Of a DNA stretch of 64,000 nucleotides, positions 40,200-54,085 are shown one piece after another. The stretch comes from Octopus vulgaris. Its lineage: Eukaryota. The position numbers were made by a program, and so were the translations under genes. The stretch is from assembly GCA_951406725.2 (NCBI GenBank), contig OX597816.1, forward strand, positions 4,650,001 to 4,714,000, given 5' to 3'. Positions within the stretch are counted from its first letter, which is position 1. Each line of letters starts with the position of its first letter. The notes beneath the pieces were generated by a model. The model did not search any database. It saw only the letters and a program-made list of their open reading frames with translations, and was not told the DNA's origin.

Positions 40200-40825
40200 C
40201 TTCCACTGAGGAGGAAGCTGGTTTCCAACAAAGATACAAGGCTCCAGCTTTGGGATGTAGTTTACACAGACAAATTCACATTTGGAACTTGAGAAAAGTC
40301 TTGCATATTTTTACTGTTCCACTCACAGATTGCACTTGTAATGTGCAAAACAGCCAGTCATTTTCTCTTTCTGAAAATCCCAGTTTGTCCAGATTCTCCT
40401 TTAAGTATTTACTAAGAAAACCTAGTGCTCCAATTATTATTGGTATGAATATGAATTCATAGTCTAGATTTAGAAGCTGGAGGTTTCGAAGCAATTGTCC
40501 ATAGATATCCTCTTTTCCTTTGATTTTCAAAGAGATATTTATATCTGCAGGGCAACCGACCTCTATGATAGTACATACTTTTGTCCCTCTGACTCAAACA
40601 ACAACATCCAGTCTGTTATGTTTACATTTGAAGGACACTTTGATGGGAATATTCCACCAGTATTCCTTGAGTTGGTGTTTATGAACGTATTCCATAACAG
40701 GGATTTTCTAAGTTTATTTTAGGACAGACTTTTTTTGTGGATGGCATTGTAAATTGTTTTAGCGACAACATCGTGCTGCATAGGGCGGTGGTATTGTGAC
40801 GACATTTTAGGACAGCTGCTAATTA
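40200..40825 (-). mobile_element. R4/Dong-like LINE C-terminal fragment (Zn knuckle remnant plus endonuclease)
   Basis: ISSCPKMSS...HDVVAKTIY and KEDIYGQLLRNLQLL...IPIIIGALG (ORF 40276-40530). Confidence 0.8.
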
Positions 40826-40828
40826 CAA

Positions 40829-40862
<34 letters not shown>

Positions 40863-40877
40863 ATGTATGTATGTATG

Positions 40878-40908
<31 letters not shown>

Positions 40909-42244
40909 TGTTTTGTTGAATAAGCTCATGGCATGTGAAGTATGCTAATTTGCCTGAAATTCCTTGTACTTTCAGGGACAGAACACTTTTGCAATGTGTA
41001 CTCCAGTTCATGGGGTTGCGTTAAATACAGATCTGATGTCCTAGAGTCATTTTAAAGTGTCATGCTAACCTAAAAATGGCAACACAAGACGCCATTCCAA
41101 AATCCAAAATCCAAGAGAATGCTGCCACTGTTTTGATTCAAAGAATCAACCAGGATTCAAGTTGTTGGTAGTGTTAATAAAGTTTTCAGATTGTAGCAAG
41201 TTCTTACGAGGACAAAAATCTTTTAGAAAGATTACAGATTAAGTTTGCATTTCCTATTCCAAAAATGTCTAGTCTGAGAAAATATTTCCATTTGATCTTC
41301 TTCCCCCTGAGACTTTGAGAAAGTTTATCCATTGAGGAATTCTCGTCAGTCAGTTTTTTTGTTGTTGTTTTGTTTTTAGTTCTTATAAATATTTAATTCG
41401 GATTCAGTAAGAAGGCAAGCACCAGGATCCTATTTGTGTGGGGGTGGGGTGTTTGGGTGGTGGCTGTGTGTTTGCATGTGTGTGTGCGTCAATGTGTGAA
41501 TGTATGTATATATGAGTATGTATGAATTTATGTATGTGTATGTCTGGGTGTTCATGCATGTGTCTGTATGTATGAATGTACGTGTGTATATATGCATGTG
41601 TGTGAGTGTGTGTGTGTGTTATTTTTGATAAGGATCTTGAGGTATCTAACACATTTTAGACAAGGAATATATATATATATATGCCACACATTTTAATCGT
41701 ATTTCTAAGATATTTTGAGATTCTAAATACAACCAATGCTATTTTCACTTGCATACCTTTGCAGTGCATCTGCTTTGAAAGAATTTTTTCGTAGTTTTTC
41801 CCAATGGCTTAGATTTTTAATTTCAGCACAGTTTTAATTTTGAACATTGGTTCCCCCGAGTTACAACGATCACTGAAAATGGAATTACAACATTTGATTT
41901 TATTGAAAACTGGAATATACATCTTTATATCTTTGGTTCTTTCTTTGAATGGTAGAAGATCAGAGAATATTTTGAGCAGCAACAGGATACTTATATGGCT
42001 TCGTCCAGAGAATCTTAATGCTTTTGTTGCCATATTTCTGCTGAAATACTCTGCATTTGTTTCGATTAATTTAGAAAGTAAGGAAGAATTTAGCAAAATA
42101 GCTGTCCACAGAGATCAACTTTGCCTTTCAACCTTTTAAGGTTGATAAAATAAGTACCAGTTGTGTACTGGGGTCGATGTAATTGATTCCCTCTCCCCAC
42201 GAAATTTTGTGCCAAAATAAGAAACGATTATAAACACTGTCTTT

Positions 42245-42411
42245 ATTTATATTATTTACATTTGACGGATATTTGTCCTCATCTTGTTTGTTGTTAACAC
42301 AACGTTTCGGCTGATGTACCCTCTAGCTGTCATCAGGTGTCTTGGGGAAATTTCAAACCTGGGTTCTCATTCCTAAGGTATTTCTTGACAAATATAATAA
42401 TAATAATAATG

Positions 42412-42456
<45 letters not shown>

Positions 42457-42662
42457 TTGAAAAATACCTTAGGAATGAGAACCCAGGTTTGAAATTTCCC
42501 CAAGACACCTGAAGTAGGCTGGAGGGTATATCAGCTGAAATGTGTTAACAGCAAACAAGATGAGGACAAATATCTGTCAGATGTAAATAATGTAAATAAT
42601 GTAAATAACGTAAATAATGTAAATAATGTACATAATTCCTCACCTCTTAAATATAGAACTGT
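42245..42662. mobile_element. Inverted (tails-out) pair of family H 3' parts joined by (AAT)n
   Basis: 42250-42385 is the reverse complement of 42460-42590; HHR remnants at 42296-42341 (minus) and 42504-42546 (plus). Confidence 0.85.
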
Positions 42663-42712
42663 AAAAACCTGTTTTGTTACCATATTTCTGTTAAAATATG
42701 CTGTTTTTTTCA

Positions 42713-42960
42713 GTAAAGCTTATTTGCCAACATAAAGTGGCAATCTTGATTAGGACCAATGTTGCTCATATTTAGCCCCTGGGAAACATTGTCTCCAGCT
42801 GGTTATTGATGCATTAACTACATCCTTATATTTTTGAACAAGGGTATAGTGTCCCCACTCTGTCGATAGTCAGCTGGAGACGACATTTTTCTTGAGCTAA
42901 ATAACAGCAACATTGGTCCTAATCTAGATTGCCACTTCATGTTGGCAAATAACTTTACTC
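42713..42960. mobile_element. Diverged family R relative as an inverted pair
   Basis: tttgccaacat...tttagcccc...gtctccagctgg and its reverse complement. Confidence 0.65.
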
Positions 42961-43062
42961 TGTCATGCTCTGGCTACATGTTTCTTGTTCAGAGATTTAG
43001 AACGAATAATTTCTCTGCTGTATGTGTTTCAGTTGATTTTGAAAATAATTCCCAATATAATA

Positions 43063-43320
43063 ATGAAATTGTTGTATGCAGTGCTCAGGTGCACAACAAC
43101 TCGTCAAAAGTGCATATAAAGCATATGCAGTAATGTACAAATGTCTGGGAAGTGAACAGTGTATGAGTCAGATACATGCTTGCTTGTGTGTATGGAGGGG
43201 AGAAAATCAGGTGTTGTGTTGGCGAATCTCAGGGAGCATGGAAGTTTTGAAGGATGCAGTGCTCCGACAACTAACAACTGATGCCGGCAGTTTGTTCCAT
43301 GCTTCAGCAACTCTTAGCAT
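43063..43320 (-). mobile_element. CR1-type LINE 3' end (second copy at 56825-57085)
   Basis: LRVAEAWNKLPASVVSCRSTASFKTSM plus a shared 3' UTR. Confidence 0.8.
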
Positions 43321-43324
43321 TTCT

Positions 43325-45134
43325 AAGTTAAATGAGAGCTGCTCAACACAGCTCTTACAGCACTACGAATGGATGTTGAAACACTTGCTCAACAACTGAA
43401 ATGTGGATGTGACGGACCTCGACTTTGCAAATGCTTTTGACAAAGTTGACCATCGTATAATACACCACAAACTGTGTGATCTCAGCATAGTTGAACAAAT
43501 AGGAATGTGGCTACATGACATTTTAGAAAATAGAAGTCAAGCAGTGGTGGCCAATGGATCCAACTCTATGGAGACACAAATAGTGAGTGGTGTTCCACGG
43601 GCACTCTCTTAGGGCCACTACTATTAATAGTCGGCCTCTCAGATAGCTACCCTTGCTAGCTATGCAGGTGATACAAAAGTCTTTCAAAGGATACAGAACC
43701 CTGGAGATGTTGCACACCTGCAGCAGGAACTGGACACAAAATACAGAATGAGCTGTGGACATTAACATGCAATTTAATAGTAAAAGTTGTTTGCCAACAT
43801 AACATGGCAGTCCTGGTTTAGGATGAATGTTGCTGTAATTTAGCCCCAGGAGACATCGTCTCCAGCTGGCTATATGACACGATCTGAGTCCTTATATTAT
43901 CGAACAAGGGAATCTAGCACCCCCACTCAGCTCAAAACAATATCTGTGTATCACAATTCCAAAGTTATTTCCCTTCCTCAGCACAATAATTGTTTGGCTA
44001 GGGGTGGCACTGCCAAATTCCTGTTCGAAATATATAGTTTTCAAAGTGACAACTAGTCACTGATCTATAAATTAGAAAATTACTATTTGTAAATCTCACA
44101 ATGAGAGATATTCAGCAACAGTACTTTGGAGTAAAGATTGTTTGCCAACACAACCTGGCAGTCCTGGTTTAGGATGAATGCTGCTGTAATTTAGCCCCGG
44201 GAGACATTGTCTCCAGCTGGCTATACGACACAATCTGTGTCCTTATATTTTTGAACAAGGGAATCTAGCACACCCCACTCAGCTCAAAACAATATCTGTG
44301 TATCACGATTTCCAGGTTATTTCACTTCATCAGCACAGAATAATTGCTCGAAAATATAAGGACACACATCGTGTCGTATAGCTAGCTGGAGATGATGTCT
44401 CCTGGGGCTAAATTACAGGAACATTCGTCCTAAACCAGGACTGCCATGTTATGTTGGCAAACAATCTTTACTCCAAAGTACTGTTGCTGAATATCTCACG
44501 TTGTGAGGTTTACAAATAGTAATTTTCTAATGCAGTTTAATGTCAGAAAATTCCAGGCTTTGCCCTACCAGCACAAGAAGATGAATAAAACACAGACAGG
44601 CTACATTGGTCCAGGAGGGATTGCAATCCCTGAATCAACATCAGTGCCTGACTTGGGCATTGACATGAGTAATGATGCGTCTTCCCATATTACTAAAATG
44701 CTGGCGGCTGTCTGACTGGATCCTTAGAACTTTCAGAACGAGAGAACAGGAAACCATGATGGCCCTCTGGAGGACATGTGTTCTTGGCCACTTAGACTAC
44801 TACTCCCAACTATAGTCACCACACAGTGTAAGATTAATGGTAGGACTTGAAGCAATCTAGTAAAGCTACATGAAAATTGTCTACATGCGATAAGTCAGCT
44901 ACTGGGAAAGACTGGGAAAGTTAAGACTCTACTCCTTAGAACAAAGACAGAAAAGATAAGCGGTGATATTCATCTGGAAAATTCTGGAAGGACTTGTTAT
45001 CAAATTCTGGCATTGAAGGTTACACAAACACCAGAACAGTGCTCCACTGCATAGCGTCAAGGATCCCAACATTGCCACCAGGATAAGGACCAAATACTAT
45101 AACAGCTTGGATTTCAAGGGCCCCGCAGCTCTTC

Positions 45135-45175
<41 letters not shown>

Positions 45176-45177
45176 AT

Positions 45178-45208
<31 letters not shown>

Positions 45209-45216
45209 ATCATCAA

Positions 45217-45267
<51 letters not shown>

Positions 45268-45268
45268 T

Positions 45269-45300
<32 letters not shown>

Positions 45301-45967
45301 TATCATCATCATCATCATCATCATCATCAATCATCATCATCATCATCATCATCATCATTATCATCATCGTCATCATCATTTAACGTCTGTTGTTCATTCT
45401 GGTATGGGCTGGACGGTTTGACCAGAGTTGGCAAGCTGGTGGGAGCTGCACCAGACTCCAGTCTGATTTGGCATGGTTTCTATGGCTTGATGCCCTTCCT
45501 AAGATGCCAACCACTTCACAGAGTGTGAAGGGTACTTTTACATGGTGCTGCACCGGCGTTTGTACACGGCACCACGTGAGCACTTTCATGTGGGACTGCC
45601 ATGTGTGCTTTTCACTACTAGAGGGACCGGTCTTATCACTTCTACTGCTGAGTGTGTGTCTTCTCGAGGACAGCGTGACGTCTCAGGTATTTCAGTCCTT
45701 CGTCCCCAAAAAGCCTGAGAGACCTACATGGGGGTTTGTGGAGATGTCTTCAAAACAGAACTGGATCTACACTTCTCAAGAGTTTCAGATGAACCTACCT
45801 TGTGGCACGAAATGCGTATGAGGGTAGCAAGTTCAAACTCCCTCGGTTACCCTATTCCACATATCAGAGGAGTTTTTCAAGTAATAAAAGTGCAGCAAAG
45901 CTAAGGGCGGTGCCCCAGCGTGGCCACAGCTCTCGAGCTGAAACTGAAAAAAAGAATAAAAGAATAA
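43325..45967 (+). mobile_element. Degenerate CR1-group LINE (RT domain to 3' tail), interrupted by family R (43779-44529) and (ATC)n plus family A (45136-45690)
   Basis: LDFANAFDKVDH, SGVP.G..LGPLL, YAGDTKV, MQFNVRKFQ, GP.LFN...VFKTELD...DEP motifs with stops and frameshifts. Confidence 0.88.
43779..44529 (-). mobile_element. Family R insertion: ~352-bp tandem units plus inverted partial copy; HHRs at 43944-43986 and 44296-44338
   Basis: TSD-like atgca(a/g)tttaat at 43767-43778 and 44530-44541; ctgtg CTGATGA...GAAA tcgtga TA cacag. Confidence 0.82.
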
Positions 45968-46762
45968 CTTCATGTTTATCAAGCTGTTGCTTCGAGCATA
46001 AATTAACATGAGATCTTAATGAAAGATTTACATTCAATCACTTTAAACGAAGAGGTTCGTCATGAAACCTGGGAAGGGTGGGTGGGCTCAGATGGATTGC
46101 AATCAAAAGTGTTAATGACATTCTGTGATAAAACTACCATTACTTAGTGATATAAAGGACCACAACTAAATGTAAATAAGTTCTTAACGAGCCAAGATGA
46201 TGGCATAATTCCTGTTTATCTCTCTGTGACATTTCACTAAAATTTCTTGGTTAAATGTTTGCACGCCACAACTTTCCGTTTAATTTGACTAGTCAGTACG
46301 GTTAATCAACCATTGAAATCTACATTTGTTAATTAAAAGCGTCAACCAATTGACTCTATTTAATATTTAATGTGTGATATTTAAAAACATTTTAATTAAT
46401 TAATTAGCTAATGGTTATTCAATTTAAGATGTTTATTATCAATATTTCGGTTTTGCAAAGCAACCGAACTATAGACAATAATCTCTCCATGAGATAACTT
46501 CAGTTCTAGATTAAATGGAAGTATAAATTAGCTACATGCACACTTAATGTAACCAAGGTAGACTTGGCTGCTGAGCAAATTATCATGTGTTTTGGAAGCA
46601 TGCTGTGACCATTGTGCACTGCACTCAGCAGAGGATAGGATACAAGTGAAGATGGTAGCATGTTATAAGTTCCTCTTTCATGACTGAAGTCCACCCCGGC
46701 ATCAAAGAAAAGTAATGTGTCATAAAGATTATGTTCTAAATCATTTTCTTTTTGGGGGCAAC

Positions 46763-47742
46763 TCATCATCATCATCATCATCATCGTTTAGCGTCCGTTT
46801 TCCATGCTAGCATGGGTTGGACGGGTCAACTGGGGTCTGTGAAGCTGGAAGGCTTCGTCAGGCCCAGTCAGATCTGGCAGTGTTTCTACGGCTGGATGCC
46901 CTTCCTAACGCCAACCACTCCGCGAGTGTAGTGGGTGTTTTTTACGTGCCACCTGGACAGGTGCCAGACAGAGCTGGCGAACGGCCACGAACGGATGGTG
47001 CTTTTACGTGTCACCGGCACGGGGCCAGGCGATGCTGGCAACGGACACGAACGGATGGTGCTTTTACGTGCCACCGACACGAGGCCAGACAGAGCTGGCA
47101 ACCGGCCACGAACGGACGGTGCTTTTACGTGTCACCGGCACGGGGGCCAGCCGAGGCTGGCAATGGACGCGAATGGATGGTGCTTTTACGTGCCACCGAC
47201 ACGGTTGCCAGACAGAGCTGGCAAACGGCCACGAGCGGACGGTGCTTTTACGTGTCACCGGCACGGGGGCCAGCCGAGGCTGGCAACGGACATGGACGGA
47301 TGGTGCTTTTACGTGCCACCGACACGGGGCCAGACAGAGCTGGCAAACGGCCACGAACGGATGGTGCTTTTACGTGTCACCGGCACGGGGGCCAGCCGAG
47401 GCTGGCAACGGACGCGAACAGATGGTGCTTTTACGTGCCACTGACACGGTTGCCAGACAGAGCTGGCAAACGGCCACGAGCGGACGGTGCTTTTACGTGT
47501 CACCGGCACGGGGGCCAGCCGAGGCTGGCAACGGACACGGACGGATGGTGCTTTTACGTGCCACCGACACGGGGCCAGACAGAGCTGGCAAACGGCCACG
47601 AACGGATGGTGCTTTTACGTGCCACTGACACGGGGCCAGACAGAGCTAGCCAACGGCCACGAACGGACGGTGCTTTTACGTGTCACTGGCACGGGGCCAG
47701 GCGAGGCTGGCAAATGGCCATGAGCGAATGGTGCTTTTACGT
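46763..47742 (-). mobile_element. Young family A copy with about 13 tandem ~61-bp units
   Basis: Units ggtgcttttacgtg(c/t)caccg...; alternating two-unit pattern. Confidence 0.9.
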
Positions 47743-47786
47743 ATCTTAATAATGATGTGTGTATATGTTTGGATATGTATATATAT

Positions 47787-48185
47787 ACTCTTTTACTCTT
47801 TTACTTGTTTCAGTCATTTGACTGTGGCCATGCTGGAGCACCGCCTTTAGTCGATCAAATCGACCCCAGGACTTATTCTTTGTAAGCCTAGTACTTATTC
47901 TATTGGTCCCTTTTGCTGAACTGCTAAGTTACGGGGATGTGAACACACCAGCATCGGTTGTCAAGCGATTTTGGGGGGACAAACACAGACACACAAACAC
48001 ACACACATGTATATATACATATACACGACAGGCTTCTTTCAGTTTCCATCTACCAAATCCACTCACAAGGCTTTGGTTGGCCTGAGGCTATAGAAGACAC
48101 CTGCCCAAAGTGCCACGCAGTGGGACTGAACCCAAAACCATGTGGCTGGTAAGCAAGCTACTTACCACACAGCCACTCCTGTGCC

Positions 48186-48186
<1 letters not shown>
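47787..48186 (-). mobile_element. SINE family C
   Basis: Full head-to-tail match. Confidence 0.88.
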
Positions 48187-48220
<34 letters not shown>

Positions 48221-48471
48221 TTGTGTGTGTGTTTGTGTGTTTACGCATATAAAAGCGCCAATGCAGTGCCAAGTAAGAGCATCCAAAGACACTCTGTAAA
48301 GGGGTTGGTGATAGGAAGAGCATCCCAGCCATAGAAACCATGTCAAATCAGACTGGAGTCTGGTGCAGCCCCCATCAGCTTGTCAGCTCTGGTCAAACCG
48401 TCCGACCCATGCCCCAGCATGGACAACGGACATTCAATGATGATGTTGATGAGTGATAATGAGTGATGATG

Positions 48472-48504
<33 letters not shown>

Positions 48505-49127
48505 CACACATCATCATCATCATCATTAAACATCTGGTCTGTCCTCCATACTGACATCGACCGGACAGTTTGACGGGAGCTGGCAACCAAGAAGACTGCA
48601 CCAAACTCTACTGTTTGTTTTGGTATGGTTTTTATGGCTGGATGTCTTTCCTAATACCAATCACCTTACATTTACACACACACACACACACACATGCACA
48701 CATAATGTAACCAAGGTAGACTTGGCTGCTGAGCAAATTATCCTGTGTTTGGAAGCATGCTGTGACCATTGTGCACTGCACTCAGCAGAGGATAGGATAC
48801 AAGTGAAGATGGTACCATGCGATAAGTTCTTCTTTCATGACTCAAGTCCACCACAGCATCAAAGAAAAGTAATGTGCAATAAAAATAATACTCTAAATCG
48901 TGTGTGTATAATGGAGAAATTGTACAAAATATATAAATGGATGTTGAGTAAAGCACCGGGGCACAGTTTTGATTACCTGTTGTTATCCATAGATTTACTG
49001 CAGGGACCTCATAGTGGTGGTTGGGGTAACTTCTGTAGTGGTGGTTGAGTTGACTTATGTATCGCTATATGTCCATCAAATTTGAGAATAAGTAAAGCCT
49101 ATTACACATTCATCTCCTATTTTATCA

Positions 49128-49538
49128 ATTGGCACCCATGCCAGTGGAACGTTAAAAGCACCATTTGAGCACACATGAGTGTTATCGGGGCTGTTGACTT
49201 GCTCCTGTGCTGGTGGTACATAAAAAAGCACCATTTGAGTGTGGTCGTTGCCAGGGCCGTTGACTGGCTCCAGTGCAGGTGGTACATAAAAAGCACCACT
49301 CGAGAGTAGTCAGTACCAGTACTGCCTGACTGGCCCTAGTGTCGATGGCACATAAAATCACCCACGACACTCTCGGAGTGGTTGATGTTAGGAAGGGCAT
49401 CAAGCTGTAGAAACCTTGCCAAATCAGATTGGAGCCTGGTACAGACTCCTGGCTCACCAGTTCTCAGTCAAACCGTCCAACCCTTGCCAGCATGGAAAGC
49501 GGACGTTAAACAATGATGATGATGATGATGATGATGAT
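49128..49538 (+). mobile_element. Family A copy
   Basis: Units, core motif and (GAT)n tail. Confidence 0.8.
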
Positions 49539-50765
49539 GTGTATATTCTTTTATTCTTTATACATGATAACGACGGTGATGACAAGACAGATGCAGTGTT
49601 TTGTGATGATGGGTGGATGGGAGTGGGAAATAAAAATGCAGGGATCTTCTCTGAAAAGATTTCACATTAAATATTAATACACTTTTCTCTTCCATTCTTT
49701 TGTCTGTCTTTTGTTGTTGTTGTTATTTCCATTAAGGTTGACCGACAACTTATTGTGAACATCAAGCTTGGTTACAAGATGGTAACCAAACTGATTGACA
49801 CAGCATAATATAGCAGTGAGGTTCAGGCTTGTTACTCAAGCCATGTCTTATTCAGGAGAATAATTTTGAGGCTTATTTGTGCAGAATTTACAACTTTTGC
49901 ATTAAAAATATTTATCAAGAAAAATTATCATAATTGACTTTCCTCTTGTCATAAAATATTTTAGTTCTGGATGCAGTTTTCTCCAGCATCATTTCATTCT
50001 TTTCAAAACCCTAACAAAGGAATCTTCTTTTACCATTTTATAGCAATTAAGTATCTCATTACTGGCTTCATTAATGCAAGAAAGATGTGTTTTATAGCTA
50101 ACGATTCTTTCTGTTGTAGCTACAACCTAAAGAATTCTATATACCGTTCTCAAAAATAGCGTTGGTGGTTGTCAATTCAGTTCTCATCATGATGTTCATA
50201 GCAGATGCCTGCTTGGTAAATTCATGTTAAGGATGAATATACACACGATTTTGAATAAAAAATTTTTCTCTGCTGAACATTATCGGAAGACTAACCATTT
50301 ATTTAACCTGGCTTATACTTGTTGCATTAACACTTAAGATGGTACCCATTGAGTATTCAAAGAATGGTCTGCTATGCCAAACATGTGACTGCACTCATAG
50401 AGCATCTGCATAAATATATAGATATGTATATATATAGATATAAATATATAGGAATACTGTTGTTTAGTTTTATTTCTAGATATTTTGCCAATGGAGAAAT
50501 GGTTATATTCTATCTTAGATCCAGGACTCCTTCATTGGAATTCCAAAACCATCAACAGGGCAGATGTGCATGCATGTGTGCATACGTGCAGGTGTTTGGC
50601 ATCACTGCAAATGCATGTGCGCAGATCTTCATGTTTTGTTTTATGTATGAATACTCACATCTAGTTTTGTGTCTATACATGTGCATGTAGGGTTACAGGT
50701 TAAGAGGCAGAAGGTTTTTACAAAGGTTTTTTTCACATGCATGTATGCATGGCCTCTTTCATTTT

Positions 50766-51645
50766 TATGTATGTATGTATGTATGTATGTATGTATGTAT
50801 GTATGTATGTATGTACGTACGTATGTATGTATGTATGTATGTATGTATGCATCTATATATGTCTGTATGTATGCATGTATGTATGTATCCATGTATGCAT
50901 GTATGTATGTGTGTATGTATGTATGTATGTATGTGTGTGTGTATGTATGTATGTATGCGTGTATGTATGTATGCATCTATATATGTCTGTATGTATGCAT
51001 GTATGTATCCATGTATGCATGTATGTATGTATGTGTGTATGTATGTATGCATGTATGTATGCATGTATGTATGTATGCATCTATATATGTCTGTATGTAT
51101 GCATGCATGTATGTATCCATGTATGCATGTATGTATGTATGTGTGTATGTATGTATGTATGTATGTGTGTATGTATGTATGCATCTATATATGTCTGTAT
51201 GTATGCATGTATGTATGTATCCATGTATGCATGTATGTATGTGTGTATGTATGTATGTATGTATGTATGTGTGTATGTATGTATGCATCTATATATGTCT
51301 GTATGTATGCATGTATGTATGTATGTATGTATCCATGTATGCATGTATGTATGTGTGTATGTATGTATGTATGTATGTTTGTATGTGTGTATGTATGTAT
51401 GTATGCATCTATATATGTATGTATGCGTGTATGTATGTATCCATGTATGCATGTATGTATATATGTGTGTATGTATGTATGTATGTATGTATGTATGTAT
51501 GTATGTATCCATGTATGCATGTATGTATGTATGTGTGTATGTACGTATGTATGTTTCTATCTATGTATGTATGTATTTATGTATGTATGTATGTGTGTAT
51601 GCATGCATGTATGCATGAATGTATGTGTGTATGTATGTATGCATA
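50766..51645. repeat. (TATG)n array with ~104-bp higher-order period
   Basis: Marker gcatctatatatgt recurs at about 50849, 50973, 51077, 51181, 51285 and 51404. Confidence 0.9.
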
Positions 51646-52171
51646 TGTGCAGATTTGTATGTTTTCCTTTACGTGTGTATTCTCATGCACATAATTGCAT
51701 ATCTAGACATGCTCTTATATATTTAAATGATAAACTTCTGGAAAGTTTTACAGATTTTTACAGTTCCAGTGATGGTTTGGATCTGTAGTCTTCGAATTAG
51801 CTTTCTCCTTTATGTATGTATATATGCATGCATATATGTTTGTATGCATGCATGTATATATGTATGTATATATATATATGTGTGTATATATGTGTGTATG
51901 TATTTGTATATGTATGGGTGTATGTATGTATGTATGTATATGCATGAATGAGCATGTACAAGAGTGAGTGTATATGTATGAATGAGTGTTTATGTATTTA
52001 TATAATCATTTAGATTCCTTTCTGGGTTTCTTACCAACACGTAATTAGTTTCTCAGCTCCAAGGCACCTACGTTGGAATTTCAACAAAATCAACAGGGCA
52101 CGGGTGCATGTATATGTGACTATGTGCAAGCATTTGCACCATTGCATGTGCAATTCTTTATGTTTTCCTCC

Positions 52172-52222
<51 letters not shown>

Positions 52223-52225
<3 letters not shown>

Positions 52226-52540
52226 CTGGTGGCACATAAAAACACCATCCGAGCGTGGTCGTCTGCCAGCCTCGTCTGGCACCTGTGTCGGTGGCACATA
52301 AAAAACACCATTCGAGCGTGGTCGTTCGCCAGCCACGTCTGGCACCTGTGTCGGTGGCACATAAAATCACCCACTACACTCTCGGAGTGGTTGGCGTTAG
52401 GAAGGGCATCCAGCTGTAGAAACACTGCCAGATCAGACTGGAGCCTGGTGCAGCCTTCGGGCTCCCCAGACCCCAGTTGAACCGTCCAACCCATGCTAGC
52501 ATGGAAAGCGGACGTTAAATGATGATGATGATGATGATGA

Positions 52541-52543
<3 letters not shown>
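52223..52543 (+). mobile_element. Young family A copy
   Basis: Core motif and tail. Confidence 0.85.
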
Positions 52544-52589
<46 letters not shown>

Positions 52590-52937
52590 TATATAAATTT
52601 AAATTTAAATTTAAATAGTAACCACAAGTGTAATGGGTAGAACTGTTTACAGGTCTGACATTGTGTGGATGCCCTAGTATGCAGTTCTGCAAATTATATT
52701 CATTTGGACGGTCACACCAAAGATCTACGGACATCTTACGCAAATAAAATTACATAATATGGTGAATAGTGAAACATGTATGGGAATAATCCGTATTTTT
52801 ATTGCTTTTTCTTTTGTCTTGCTCGATTACGTTTTGGTTGTTTTGCTAAATTTTTCTTGAGAACATTTCTTAGTGGTGAGACCATAGCAGATCTATTTCT
52901 AGCATAAGGGTGTCCACATAGTGATTTCCCTCTAATA

Positions 52938-52989
<52 letters not shown>

Positions 52990-52990
52990 C

Positions 52991-53030
<40 letters not shown>

Positions 53031-53163
53031 ATATATATATATATATTTATATACATATATATATATATATATGTATGCATATAACTATAGTTTCATATCA
53101 ATACATGTGCTTATGGAATCATGCGCTAAACTTCTGGAAAGATTTTCCATGTTTTACATGCAT

Positions 53164-53204
<41 letters not shown>

Positions 53205-53646
53205 CAAATACACATGTATATAATCTATTGGTCCCCTTTATTTTTCTGCTGTTCGTATAAACTGAGATGAAGTTTTGACATGCAGATAATTTACATTTTC
53301 TTCAAGCCACCAGAACTTGACTCACCTCTTTTATAAGCAAACCAACCGACAACGAATTACCAATATATCCGATGTCTACCACTAGAAAAGAAAATCTTTA
53401 ACAAGCAGACTTATGTATAATCCCCAAGGATATAATAATCCATTTTTTTATAATCCCCAATGATATAAGACAACAACAGATAGCACTAGCTTGTATTCTT
53501 GATTATTTAGTCCGTATCTCAGCACTTCAACTTTGCCATTATTTTCCTTCTTGCTAAATTTAAACAGCTTCCCTTCATCACACCAACACAAAACCTATTT
53601 TCAATGCAGTAATGTTTTTTTTCCTTTTTCTGAATTATATTTGCAG

Positions 53647-53761
53647 GAAGTGATTTCGCACAACATAACAGCGTAAGCGCTGGCAGAAAAATTTTGCAAT
53701 CATGGTGCCAACAAATTTTACCAGAAGTGAATTTGGATACAAGATACAATCTCGTCAAAAG
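53647..53761 (+). CDS. Next internal exon (115 bp, phase 1-2) encoding the CH1-CH2 linker and start of CH2
   Basis: Acceptor ttttttcctttttctgaattatatttgcag and donor AG|gtattg. Open in phase 1: (G)SDFAQHNSVSAGRKILQSWCQQILPEVNLDTRYNLVK, similar to CH2 starts SAKDALLLWCQ (spectrin) and TPKQRLLGWIQNKLP (filamin). Phase matches the 12636-12713 exon. Confidence 0.85.
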
Positions 53762-54040
53762 GTATTGTTATGTTGAAAAGCCCCCCCTTACATGAAGACA
53801 TATTTTGCTCCAAAGTTTGGCAATCAATTCGGTGGTTTAACAATAGGCATTGTGTTCGTGGCCAGCAATCACTTGGCGATGTTGGCTGCGGAGGGAATAT
53901 TAATAAAAGTGCAAAGGTAGCGAGAAATGGAAATGTGGTATTGAATAAGAGAGAAGAAGAAAAAAAAATGATGAGAGTGGTGGTGGTGGTGGTGGTGGTG
54001 GTAGAGGGTGGTGGGGTGGCGGCGACAGGGGGTGGAGCTT

Positions 54041-54085
<45 letters not shown>

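Noticed and set aside
46817-47749. 310-aa ORF
   Set aside because: Translation of the 61-bp tandem units within family A.
49737-49781. Possible 45-bp exon (VDRQLIVNIKLGYKM)
   Set aside because: Open only in phase 0 while the surrounding intron is phase 1 (immediate TGA); weak donor gtaacc; the flanking exons join sensibly without it.
50669-51788. 290-350-aa MYVC ORFs
   Set aside because: (TATG)n has no stop codons in any frame.
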